From: Vicugna vicugna
Lineage: Eukaryota
NCBI GenBank assembly: GCA_013265495.1
Contig: MU058059.1
Coordinates: 1,537,564 to 1,557,563 of the forward strand
Length of the DNA stretch: 20,000 nt
Reading direction: 5' to 3'
Within the stretch, counting starts at the first letter, position 1; the number at the start of each line of letters is the position of its first letter. Positions 1 to 10,694 of this stretch are shown here, piece after piece. The position numbers were made by a program, and so were the translations under genes. The notes beneath the pieces are model-generated. The model saw only the letters and a program-made list of their open reading frames with translations. It was not told where the DNA came from and ran no database searches.

Positions 1-510
1 TGCTGACAACAACATATTCAAAGAAGTGACATCTGTTTTAAACAATCCTGTTATTCAAATTATATGGAAATATCAGCAGGAATGCATAGCTACACTGATT
101 ACAGAATTTTCCAAAAGCTGTTGTAGTAAAATAAAGCCCTTTATTTTGAACAGCTGCAGATTAAAACGAAACAGCTACATTGTTGATTACTATAACATTA
201 CCAATGGTCCGTTACGAGCTATGGGGTTTAGAACACTGGTGGTTACCAGGTATTTTATTTTTATAATTCAGTTGAGTCTGACAGACTCTTAAGTAGCAAA
301 GCTGATGCTGACCAGATAGATATGGTTGGTTTATTGTTGGGACAGGACCCTCTGGTGACATGGTAAACACCCAAGAACTCCTTTCTGTAGGTTATCAAAA
401 CGTAACAGTCACAGTTCTGTGTAATGTGTCTTTATCTATTTTAGGTGGAAACATAACCTTCCCATTTGCTAAGATAGTGACTGGCTTTATTCAAGGAACA
501 CTCCATTTTA

Positions 511-593
511 TTTTATTTTTTAATTTAAGTATAGTTGGTTTACAATGTTGTGTTACTTTCTGGTGTATAGCATAGTGATTCAGTTATACATAC

Positions 594-624
<31 letters not shown>

Positions 625-1121
625 TCTTTTTCATTATAGGCTATTACATGGTATTAAATATAGTTCCCTGTGCTATACAGTAGGATAATGTTGTTTATCT
701 ATTTTATATGTAATAGTTAGTATCTGCAAATCCTGAACTCCCAATTTATCCCTCCACCCCTCTCTTTCCCCACTGGTAACCATAGGTTTGTTTTCTATGT
801 CTGTGAGTCTGTTTCTGTTTTGTAAATAAATTCATTTGTGTCATATTTTTAGATTCCACATAAAAGTGATATCATACGGTATTTTTCTTTCTCCTTCTGG
901 CTTCCTTCACTTAGTATGATGATCTCCGGGTCCATCCATATTGCTGCAAATGGCATTATTTTACTCCTTTTTATGAATGAGTAGTATTCCATTGTATAAA
1001 TATACCACAACTTCTTTATCCAGTCATCTGTCGATGGATGTTAGGTTGCTTCCATGTCTTGGCTACTGTAAATAGTGCTACTATGAATATTGGGGCCCAT
1101 GTATCTTTTCAAATTAGAGTT
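511..1121 (-). mobile_element. 5'-truncated LINE-1 (end of ORF2 + 3'UTR + A-rich tail), artiodactyl type
   Basis: Reverse complement carries L1 3' motifs (gaatactactca, actaagtgaag, tgtagcacagggaact, acaacattgtaaac) and an A-rich tail. Perfect 14-bp target-site duplication AACACTCCATTTTA at 497-510 and 1122-1135, with a TT|AAAA endonuclease site on the minus strand. Confidence 0.95.
595..624. repeat. (TG)n(TA)n microsatellite inside the L1 3'UTR
   Basis: tgtgtgt followed by about 12 TA units. Confidence 0.9.
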
Positions 1122-2492
1122 AACACTCCATTTTAAAATTTGCTAAATTTATTTTTCCTGATTGGGTGTTTTTATTTCATTTTATATGTTATATATATGT
1201 TATTTTTATAAGCATACATGTTATTTTTTCCAATGAAAATTAAATTACATTGCTGTATTACCTAATCAATAGCAAGATTGGCCTTTGACATAAATTTGTT
1301 TTTAAAACTCAAGATTACTTCCTAACTTATACTTGGGGCCATTTGCAAGAGCTAAGCACAGAGTGAATTCCTTTACACCTGTCAGTGTAATTGAAGAGGT
1401 CTTAATCTTAATAGCGTTCTGTGCTTGCTCCCCAAGCAAACTATCAATTGCAGCTAAAATTGTTTCTGGTCACCATTTATCTTCAGTAGTTATTTCCATA
1501 AAGTTTATTTTTATATTAATGCCATTGTTAATCACTTTACCCACACAGAATTGTATTTTCTCTGTTACATTTTATCTGTTACAGCAATATTTTCCTAAGT
1601 GGGCTGTCCGACATTAGACTTCCTTTAATGGCTTTAGATATAAGTTATTGCACAGTTCTATTTAAATGTAAACGTTCATTTAGAAAGACATGGTACAAAT
1701 AGTTTTGAAGAATTAAAACCAATTTTAAAGAAATTATACCAAAAGCTTCAAAAAGAAGATAACATAGACATTATACTATTTTGAAGTAATAACTTAAAAT
1801 CTGTATAGAAATCTTTTTATTTTTATGTTTGTACTTTTAGTTGAACAAAGCTATCATAAAGTAGCAGAAAAACACTGTTTCCAGGTATACTCCCTTGAAT
1901 TTTTAAAAATCCAACTTATACCCAGTATTTCTGGTGATGTTTAGAGTCTATATAAACTGAACAAGACAAGGAATCACATCATATGCAAACTTCATTTCCC
2001 AGTACAACCATCACTGAGTAAACTAATAGGATCTGGAGAAGGGCTTGAAAACTGCACAAGGAAAGCTATCAATCCTTTAATCTTATTTTCATAAGTATTG
2101 ATGACACACTACACCATTTCCAACGTGAGAGACGTAGAAAAAGAAAAACGGAAAATTCAGAGCTAAGCAGTTCTTATTTTCTTGAATAGCAATGCGCCCA
2201 AAGTAACTTGTAGCTGGTCATGCCTTCTCTAAACATTACCAGGTGGGAGAGCACGGTGAACACAGGCTAGGTGTCAGGAAAGCTGGTGGTTATTCCCACC
2301 TCTGCCTTTGACCCACCTTGGGAAAAACAAGCTGGCTCCACGGGACGTGTTTCATGGCACAGCACTTACTATGGGGATCATCAAGTTCACGGTCTGGGTC
2401 TTGTTCTCAACATTGTAGGTCCATTGTTAATGCTCCTAGAAGTAAAGGAACCAGCCAAAGACAAGAATGCTGATTATACTGATAGATATAAC

Positions 2493-2600
2493 TGTTACCC
2501 ACTCGGGGTCCTTGGACTCTTCAATTAATCGAAGTCGGTAAGATGCCAAATGAGGAATTTAGGCACGGCTTTATTGGGCTTCGTGCCCAGTAGTCATAGG
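2493..2600 (-). mobile_element. Fragment of the 3' end of an ERV1-type LTR
   Basis: Begins tgttacc (…TAACA terminus on the minus strand) and has AATAAA on the minus strand (ctttatt ~2570). 'gaggaatttaggcacggctttattggg' resembles artiodactyl ERV1 LTRs as I recall them. Confidence 0.5.
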
Positions 2601-2654
2601 AGGCAAATGCAGCTGCTCATGCTTTGCACGGCTGTGGTCAGCACTGTATTATCA

Positions 2655-2870
2655 CCACTCTCCATGAATGGTCTCTTGAAGTCTGACATCTGCCCCCAGT
2701 GCTCTATGAAACAGTTCTCTTAAAGGTTATAAATGGCCCTAGAATGGTCCAAAATCATTTCATTATCTGGGTATCCACTTCCTGGACTCATCTGTAACTT
2801 CTGAGTACATTCAGCCTGACCTCATTCAAATCCTGTCCTTTGGCCTAGGTCAAGGACAAAACCTCTTTGG
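2655..2870 (+). mobile_element. Ancient L2 LINE fragment
   Basis: 'tctgcccccagtgctctatgaaacagttctcttaaaggttataaatggcc' parallels the L2 consensus 'ttccgcccccaccactccactgaaactgctctcgccaaggtcaccaatgacc'. Confidence 0.55.
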
Positions 2871-3029
2871 GGTCACTTTTCTTTTTAAAAAAGGCAACAT
2901 CATCAGACAGAATCAGGGGTCTTTCCAGAAATCAAAGTCCAGAAGCACTGTCTGAGGTTACAATGCACCGGGACCCATCACTCCGGGCACTCTGGTCTCT
3001 CGAGTCCTTTCTGCTGTCTGTACACATCC

Positions 3030-3200
3030 TCTGTCTCAGCAGATATAACGCAGCTCCCCCTAACCTGCCCCGGCCCCTGGCCCAACTTCACTTCCAGTTC
3101 AAGCAGCTAGCAGACTGGCTCACTCTGCTGAATTCCAGTTTCTCATTCCTGGGAGAGAAAGATTAATTGGCTCATCTTGACTCACAAGTCTACTCTTAAC
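3030..3200. mobile_element. Degraded MaLR (MLT1J/K-like) LTR remnant
   Basis: 'ttcctgggagagaaagattaattggctcatcttgactcacaagtctac' resembles the MLT1 motif 'cccaggagagaatctgattggcccagcttgggtcaggtgtcc'. Confidence 0.4.
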
Positions 3201-3538
3201 CTTGTAAGGGGGCAGAGACACATGTTCAGAAGGGGACAGATGCCCACACCTGGCACAGGTGTAGTATAGGAGGGGCAGACACCCCAAAAGCTGTATCCCT
3301 CCAAAGCCTCAAGAAACTTCTCTGGGTCTCTTTGGCCTACACTTTCAAGTCTAGATATTATCCTAAACCCTTCCAGGTACCACACTTTACCCCAAAAGAC
3401 ACAGCCAGCTCCATCTCCACTCCATCACTGTGACCAGGACACGCCCTGTCCCAGAATGGCTGCAAGTTCTGTCACTTTGTCCTGGAGCCTTGTATGGGAG
3501 CACTCTTCTCTCACAGCTTTTTCTGAATATTGAAATAA

Positions 3539-3769
3539 TGATTTGCAGATACTAACTATTGTGTATAAAACAGATAAACAACAACGTTCTACTGTGTAGC
3601 ACAGGGAACTATACTCAGTATCTTGTAATAACCTACAATGAAAAAGAATATGAAAACGAATATATGTATGCATATATATGACTGAAACGTGATGCTGTAC
3701 ACCAGACATTGACACACTGTAAAATGACCATACTTCAGTAAAAATAAATAAACAAACAAAAAGCTAAAT
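3539..3769 (+). mobile_element. Short 5'-truncated L1 3'UTR with A-rich tail
   Basis: gatttgcagatactaact…gtagcacagggaactatactcagtatcttg…gctgtacaccaga…cttcagtaaaaataaataaac. Possible 6-bp TSD AAATAA at 3533-3538 and 3770-3775. Confidence 0.9.
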
Positions 3770-3780
3770 AAATAAACAAA

Positions 3781-5007
3781 CAAATTTACCGTATTTACTG
3801 TAGGCTCTCTTACAGACCCTTTTTCAAGTTAAGTAGTTCCATTCTCTTTTGTTACTAAGTGTTTTTTGTCTCTCTGTTTTTACATAAACAACTTTGGATA
3901 TTATCTGATGTCCATTCAAGGTCTGTTGAGATAGTTAATTTTTTTTTCTTTTTCATAATGACTTATTTTACAGAACTTTTTCTTTTATTTCTGGGAGGAT
4001 CTGAAACATACTTATTTAAAAGTCATTTTGATGTGGTTCTCTTATTTGTGCTTTATTACTGGTAGATTCATCTTCCAGTCTGGGGTCGTTGGCGGTTTTT
4101 GTCGGTGTTAAGCATCCTCAGAGACTCTGAATGAGATCTCTCTCCTCCTCTTCTCACTGCCCTCCCTCTTTTGCCTCTGCCTGAGCCTCACTCCTCATCC
4201 AGATTCAGGTCTCCTCTTGGCCTTCCATCCTACAGTGATGTGAGGAGACTGCAGACACAGTCATCGGGGCCAAGAGCAACTTGGCGCAGGTCCCAGGCCT
4301 TCCTCCTCCTGGCCACCCTGCAAAAATGCAGCAGTAGCTTTTTCCCGGCTCATTACGGGCTAGGAGAGCTCATCCAGCCCCAGGTTTAGAGACTGACTCT
4401 GGCTCCAGACCTCTGCCAGGCATGAGATGTTTCTTTTTCGACAGAAATGCAACTGCCTTTCATCTCTGATAATTTCCAACCCAGAAACTCCCAGGTTTGG
4501 TTCTGGCATCATCCCACCATGTGCGTGTGTCTGTCTAAAACATAGAAATGACTGCCTTATCATGTTAATTGGTTTCAGGGGCTTTGTTTGGATCAGGATG
4601 GGTCCTTCAAAGCTGAGCTCAGTGACTTTCCCAAGTTCCCATTTCTCAGGTGACTTTACTTCCCACAGTTCTTGGCAGAGGAGAAGTGCTCGAAAAAAAA
4701 TTTCTGGCGTTGAAAGCACTTCGTCACCTTCAGGGAGAGGCTCCTTGCAGAAATATCCTGCGGGAGGAGATTCACTGGATACAGGCTTGACCTGGATGAA
4801 CTTTAGTATGGGTCCACCTGCAAGTGTATTACTTTTAGTGCTTCTGAAGTTCATGTTAACTTTAAGCCACAGTTTTCCTTCTGTTTATTTATTTTTTCAC
4901 TCTAGCATCCCTATGAATGTAAATTTGATGACACACAAAGGTTGAGGGGCAGGTCAAAGTTCATAATTTGCTTGCATGGTGTTGGTGTGGAAAATGCAGG
5001 TACAAAT
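3781..5007 (-). pseudogene. Decayed coding-like sequence of unidentified origin fused 3' of the RNF17 segment
   Basis: 174 stop-free codons (4884-4363) in the same frame as the RNF17 piece. Further protein-like stretches follow (EEEERDLIQSLSEDA; DPRLEDESTSNKAQIREPHQND) broken by stops and frameshifts. No repeat similarity recognised. Confidence 0.5.
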
Positions 5008-5232
5008 CTCACAATCAGGGCATATAATCGTGCTGAATTCTTCAGTTATTAACAAGCACAGTTCACAAAAAACATGTCCACACTGAAGTTCATGATGGTG
5101 AGCGGAAGCTCCGGGCGCCCTTCCTCCACACCAGGCGCACAGGGCCTCCCTGGTGCCCTGGGCTTGGGCCTGCCTCTCCACCTGCCCGCAGAAAGACAGG
5201 GCACCCCGAGCCCTCAACGCCTCAGCCGCCAT
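5008..5232 (-). pseudogene. RNF17: Intronless copy of RNF17 codons 1-75 (N-terminal RING finger)
   Basis: MAAEA…[44 protein letters not shown] aligns without gaps to the human RNF17 N-terminus as recalled (MAAEAS…[44 protein letters not shown]). Similarity ends abruptly after residue 75 and a stop follows 17 codons later. Confidence 0.9.
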
Positions 5233-5954
5233 CGCCTTTCTGTGTCAAGGATCGCAAGATTTCATCCCTGTTTACGTGCATGGAGTGGCTCTGAAGAGGG
5301 GTGGGCACATTCAAACCACTGCCAGAAAAAACAATTACCAACTGCTCATAAATACTTGAGGGTGACCAGGGTGATACCAGAGGAGTTGCCTTGTCTACAA
5401 TTCAACCCTAAGGAGGCTACTTAATACACCCTATGTATGTTTTCATTATTATCTTCAGATTTTCCTGTCTGCCTTCACTAATCACTGTTATGGTAAAATA
5501 TATGCAAGTAACCAGCCTATTCCTCTGGGGTTATCATCCACTCTTTAATCATCATCTCACATCCCAGGCTAAAGTAACCTCCCCTCCTGCCCACTTCTTA
5601 CATCCTTTTACTTTAGTTCTTATCTCAGTTTAGTGCCAAGTCTTTGGACTCTGACATTATAAAATGACCCAGAGAGGCTATTAAATAGAGCTCTAGACAT
5701 GCAACTTGATAACCTCCATCTTCAACAACAACAAAAACAAAAAATCTGATTACCCTTTTTAATCCTGTTATCTTACCTTGGGTTCCAACTCAACACATAA
5801 ATCTTGACACTCACGCTGGTTTCTATTATAGAGTTCCAATTCATAGGCCAGTCCTCTGTTCTCATCTTTCTTCCACAGGCTTTAATTTAAGCCTGGAAAT
5901 GAACCACCACCAAGATAAATGAACAGCGAACATGAATCAAAAGGTGGGGCTTCT

Positions 5955-6066
5955 TGGGGGAGGGTACAGCTCAGAGGTAGAGCATATGCTTAGCATGCAC
6001 AAGGTCCTGGGTTCAATCCCCTGTACTTCCATTAAATAAACCTAGTTACCCACCCCACAAAAAAAG
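5955..6066 (+). mobile_element. tRNA-derived SINE, vic-1-like (camelid)
   Basis: GGGGAGGGTACAGCTCAGAGGTAGAGC (A box), GGTTCAATCCC (B box) and an A tail. 15-bp TSD AAAGGTGGG(G/A)CTTCT at 5940-5954 and 6067-6081, one mismatch. Confidence 0.9.
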
Positions 6067-6439
6067 AAAGGTGGGACTTCTGCTTTGTCACTAGCAGTCT
6101 TAATAACCAAACTAAACTTTTCATGTGTACAACTACCAATAAACCAGAGCCTGGGTGTTGGTTTGTGTCCACTGAATTGCTTCACTGTCTATGCAGTGGG
6201 TAGGCAAGGTCTTACCCTCCACTTACATTTTGCTGCACTTGTACTATATCCCAATAGTATTTTCAAATTTTTTGTGCAGTAATCTTCATCAGAGGCTTCG
6301 GTCAACCTTTATCCATGTGGCTCTTCTTTATCGTTGTTCCATTCCATTTTAAGCTCAGAGGGGAACATTTTAAGTAGCAAATGATGCAAATTACAGTTGC
6401 ACAATATTGGCTTTTTGTCATACTGTCAATGCCACCTTT

Positions 6440-6533
6440 TGTGCGTTTTTCTAAGTATTTCACTCACTCTTAATATAATCTCTCACCACACTGAGTAATT
6501 AGTATCATTCTTCTCAGTTTATAAATGGAAAAA
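6440..6533 (-). mobile_element. MIR SINE fragment
   Basis: 'ctaagtatttcac…aatctctcaccacactgagtaattagtatcattcttctcagtttataaatggaaaaa' parallels the antisense MIR core. Confidence 0.45.
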
Positions 6534-7078
6534 TAATTATTATTTCTATGGTTTTTCTTTTTTTTCCTACAGTATCATTAATTGGGTTTCACTGATTTCT
6601 GACAACCCAGCCTTGAGAACATCCGATCTTAAATAACCGGATATCTGATAGGAAAACATTTAGTGGATTTTTTTTTTGTAGAACAACAAATAAGGTTATT
6701 ATAAAGCAAAACTTAATACTATATATTATTTTTCACCAAGTGTGAGTCTAATGTTTGGAAAAGAATTTATTAAACTACGTACAAACTCCTTTCTAATAAT
6801 AAGTATATACATCCTTTACCTTGAAAAAGATTAACTGATTTCATTTTCTTTTTGAAATAAAACAAATTTAAGTGCAGAGCAAACATCAGCCTGTCTCCCT
6901 CTTTTCACGACTTTAATGCCCTTATCCAAAACCTCCTGCTCAGATGAGCCCTGTTTCACAAATGGAGGTTACTTCCCCAACCCAGGAGTGGGCAACCGCG
7001 GGGCATTTTCCTGGAACATTGGTTTGTCTATAGCTTTGGCAGGTGGGAAAATTAAATTATTTTGCTGATGATTAAAAA

Positions 7079-8755
7079 GATGAGACTGACAAGGACTTAA
7101 TTTCTGGAATATATAAACAGCTCATACAACATAATAACAAAAAAAAAACTACCCAATTCAAAAATGGTCAGAAGACCTCAACAAGCAATTCTCCAATGAA
7201 GACATACAAATGGTCAACAGGCACATGAAAAAATGCTCAATATTGCTAATTATCAGAGAAATGCAAATCAAAACTACAATGAGGTATCACCTCACATCTG
7301 TCAGAATGGCTAGCATTCTAAAGTCCACAAACGATAAATGCTGGAGAGGCTGTGGAGAAAAGGGAACCCTCCTGCACTGCTGGTGGGAATATAGTTTGGT
7401 GCAGCCATTATGGAAAACTGTATGGAGATGTCTCAAAAGACTAAAAATAGACTTACTACATTATCCAGCAATCCCACTTCTGGGCATATATCCAGAGGAA
7501 ATTTTAATTCAGAAAGATACATGCACCCCATTGTTCACAGCAGCACTATTTACAATAGCCAAGACATGGAAACAACCTAAATGTCCACTGACAGATGACT
7601 GGATAAAGAAGTTGTGGTATATTTATACAATGGAATACTACTCAGCCATAAAAAATAATAAAGTAATGCCATTGGCAGCAACATGGATGTCCCTGGAGAT
7701 TACCATTCTAAGTGAAGTAAGCCAGAAAGAGAAAAATACTGTACGATATCACTTATATGTGGAATCTAAAAAATAAATAAATAAAAAGAAGACAAAAGAA
7801 ATTAAATATGAAACAGAAGCAGACTCACAGACATAGAATACAAACTTGTGTTTGCCANNNNNNNNNNNNNNNNNNNNNNNNNNNNNNNNNNNNNNNNNNN
7901 NNNNNNNNNNNNNNNNNNNNNNNNNNNNNNNNNNNNNNNNNNNNNNNNNNNNNNNNNNNNNNNNNNNNNNNNNNNNNNNNNNNNNNNNNNNNNNNNNNNN
8001 NNNNNNNNNNNNNNNNNNNNNNNNNNNNNNNNNNNNNNNNNNGTATGGAGATGTCTCAAAAGACTAAAAATAGACTTACTACATTATCCAGCAATCCCAC
8101 TTCTGGGCATATATCCAGAGGAAATTTTAATTCAGAAAGATACATGCACCCCATTGTTCACAGCAGCACTATTTACAATAGCCAAGACATGGAAACAACC
8201 TAAATGTGCACTGACAGATGACTGGATAAAGAAGGTGTGGTATATTTATACAATGGAATACTACTCAGCCATAAAAAATAATAAAGTAATGCCATTGGCA
8301 GCAACATGGATGTCCCTGGAGATTACCATTCTAAGTGAAGTAAGCCAGAAAGAGAAAAATACTGTACGATATCACTTATATGTGGAATCTAAAAAATAAA
8401 TAAATAAAAAGAAGACAAAAGAAATTAAATATGAAACAGAAGCAGACTCACAGACATAGAATACAAACTTGTGTTTGCCTGGGGGTTGGGAGTAGGAAGG
8501 GACAGACTGGGAATGTAAGATTTTTAGATACTGACATGTATATATAGAATAGATAAACAAGTTTATACTCTATAGCACAGGGAAATATACACAAGATCTT
8601 GTAGTAGCTCATTATGAAAAAGAATATGAAATACTTTTTCAATTCAATTTTTCTGAAAAAATTGAAAAATTGTGCTGTACACCAGGAATTGATACAACAC
8701 TGTAAACTGACTGAAACTCAAAAAAAATTTTTAAATAATAAAATAAAAATAAAAA
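7079..8755 (+). mobile_element. 5'-truncated LINE-1: ORF2 C-terminal cysteine-rich region, 3'UTR and A-rich tail; interrupted by an assembly gap
   Basis: ORF 7210-7776 reads HMKKCS…[15 protein letters not shown]…[17 protein letters not shown]…[10 protein letters not shown]…MEYYSAIK, the canonical L1 ORF2p C-terminus. 3'UTR and A-rich tail run to ~8755. Confidence 0.97.
7858..8042. other. Assembly gap (185 N)
   Basis: Run of N. Confidence 1.
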
Positions 8756-9779
8756 TCAGGAAACTTCACGCAAAAAAAGCATTTTTATGTTATTTTTATG
8801 TTAAAATAAACATGGCTCTATTAAGGAGTAGAGACAAAATGTGCCTGAATTTTTAAGACCAAACAGGTGACTTCAAAAATAATTTTGTTCTTCTAAAAAA
8901 TTATCCACCTCTTCTGTATGCTAGAGAGTTAATTTTATTTTCTAATAATAATTTTTTTTATTATTTTTTGTTAGAATTTTACTTCCTCCATAATTTCTTT
9001 CATGTATTCACTTATAACAAAAGATTTCTAGGAGGGGGACTGAGCTGGATTGTTGGTGAGTTATTTGCTCCTTTGACTTTATGTATCCTGACCCGGGTGG
9101 AAGATCGACCTTAACTTGGCCTAAGAATGACCTACAGAATCGTACCTGAAATACAGGTTTGTGGTTCATGGTGACATGATTGTTATAAACTATTCTAGCT
9201 GCATATGAATGGATTTAATATATGATTGTGTATCAGCTATACTCTTTACAAAATAAGAAACTAACAAACAACTATTACCATTGTAAAAATTTAACATGCT
9301 TCAGCCTGAGTGTATCTATCAGGGAGAAGTGTTGTCCCAGTACATCACGTGGTCACTTGCCCTGAGGATGAACCATGTCAGAAGAGAAAAGGCAGGTGGT
9401 TTCTAATCACACCACACGGGCACAGACGTGTCTGTTTATTCATAAAATCATGTGCTGCTGATAAAATCCCAGCAGTCTTGTTTTATTAATGAATACAGGT
9501 CAACTTAGGCAACTCTAAGGGAAAGAATAAGAATCCAATGAACCCAACTCAATTCATATATTTCCCTTCAAATTTTCTTCTAATCTTTGCCAGATATTGC
9601 TGTTTTTTCACAGAAGAAATCGGGAAGTGGTGTGTTCTGTTCTTTCAAATTAATTTTAATTTTTATTTCCGTAAGTCAACATGGTTTTCACAGTTGACAT
9701 TTTCATCACTCTGCTTTATCAGATTAATTTTATTCCATATTTTCATGCATCAGCCACACAGTTGATACTTTTATAGCTC

Positions 9780-10260
9780 CACAGTTATCTTCTGGCGTAA
9801 TGGGACAGATTTTGCTTAGCCATCTCCTATTCTTAGCCACATGGGTTTTCCCAGTTATGTTTTTGTTTTTGCAATCATAAATAACAGCATTACTATAAAT
9901 ATTTCTATTTAATCGATTTATTTCCTAGGAGAATATTGTATAGAGTAGGATATTATGCCAAATCATATCCAATAGTTTCATAGTTCACCATGTCTTTTTT
10001 TTCCCCAGAGAAACTAAAACAATTGAAAATGTGAACAGAACATTTAAAATTTAATGTCATGTGAAACATTTTAAATTTATGTCATTCTCAGATCCAGTAG
10101 ATCCCAAAATTGACATTTTGTAATTTCTATTTATTTAGTAAATAGGTGTATAAGGGTATCTTAATGTTGCTAAACTTTATATTTATTAAATAATGTGAGA
10201 GAAGCAGATTAATCAGTGTGATGATTTCTTAAGTGTAGTTCCCTATTATTGAATTCTCAA
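9780..10260 (-). mobile_element. Ancient L1 (L1ME-like) fragment
   Basis: 'catctcctattcttagccacatgggttttcccagt…ataaataacagcattactataaatattt…tttcctaggagaatat…tagagtaggatattatg' resembles antisense L1M sequence near the end of ORF2. Confidence 0.45.
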
Positions 10261-10349
10261 TTTACTTCCGTTAACCAATTGTCAAATGCAATTTGCATTA
10301 GCTGTTATAACTTTGTCCCAATTATCTGCATATTTTAGAACACAAATTT

Positions 10350-10690
10350 TAAAAAAAAGTATCAAATCTATCAAGCATATGGAAACGTACAGAAAAAAAA
10401 AATACACAATATACCCTGCAAACACCACATGGAGGGGAAATAAAATACAACTGAAGTCACTGAAGCCCATATGTACCCTCCTGGACTCTTGTCCCATCCC
10501 TCCCTCTCTAGAGTGAACCATCACTCCCATCATGTGCATTTTTACACTCTTCCTGCATATGTATGTAAACATAACACATACACATTTCCCATCTTGTCTT
10601 AAGTATGTTCTGTGTTTTGGGTATCCCTTCTAAAAAACTTGAGGTCCTAAAGCTTCTTTCCCATGTTTGAGTTTTCATGCTCAAGTGTTG
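10350..10690 (-). mobile_element. Ancient L1M (L1ME/L1MC-like) 3'UTR fragment
   Basis: 'ctgaagcccatatgtaccctcctggactcttgtcccatccctccctctctagagtgaaccatcactc' is typical of antisense old L1 3'UTR. Confidence 0.45.
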
Positions 10691-10694
10691 AATC

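Noticed and set aside
1..2490. Possible decayed coding sequence flanking the first L1
   Set aside because: AT-rich, frequent stops and no recognisable protein.
4360..4620. Short resemblances of the unknown partner to CENPJ (EGPILIQTKPLKP vs EGPLPIKAKPKQP; NLGLDE vs NLELDE), the genomic neighbour of RNF17
   Set aside because: The matches are very short, their spacing is inconsistent, and CENPJ lies on the opposite strand to RNF17 in human. Most likely chance.
4427..4945. 172-aa plus-strand ORF
   Set aside because: Ser/Phe/Leu-rich antisense shadow of the purine-rich minus-strand sequence, with no recognisable domain.
4954..5232. Authentic RNF17 gene exon
   Set aside because: No splice donor after codon 75, the expected intron is apparently absent, and no further RNF17 sequence was recognised in the window.
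5956..6030. tRNA gene
   Set aside because: The A-rich tail and TSD show it is a SINE, not a functional tRNA.
7210..8399. Functional L1 ORF2, or ORFs spanning the Ns
   Set aside because: The element is 5'-truncated and lacks the endonuclease and RT domains. The X-containing ORFs are artefacts of the gap.
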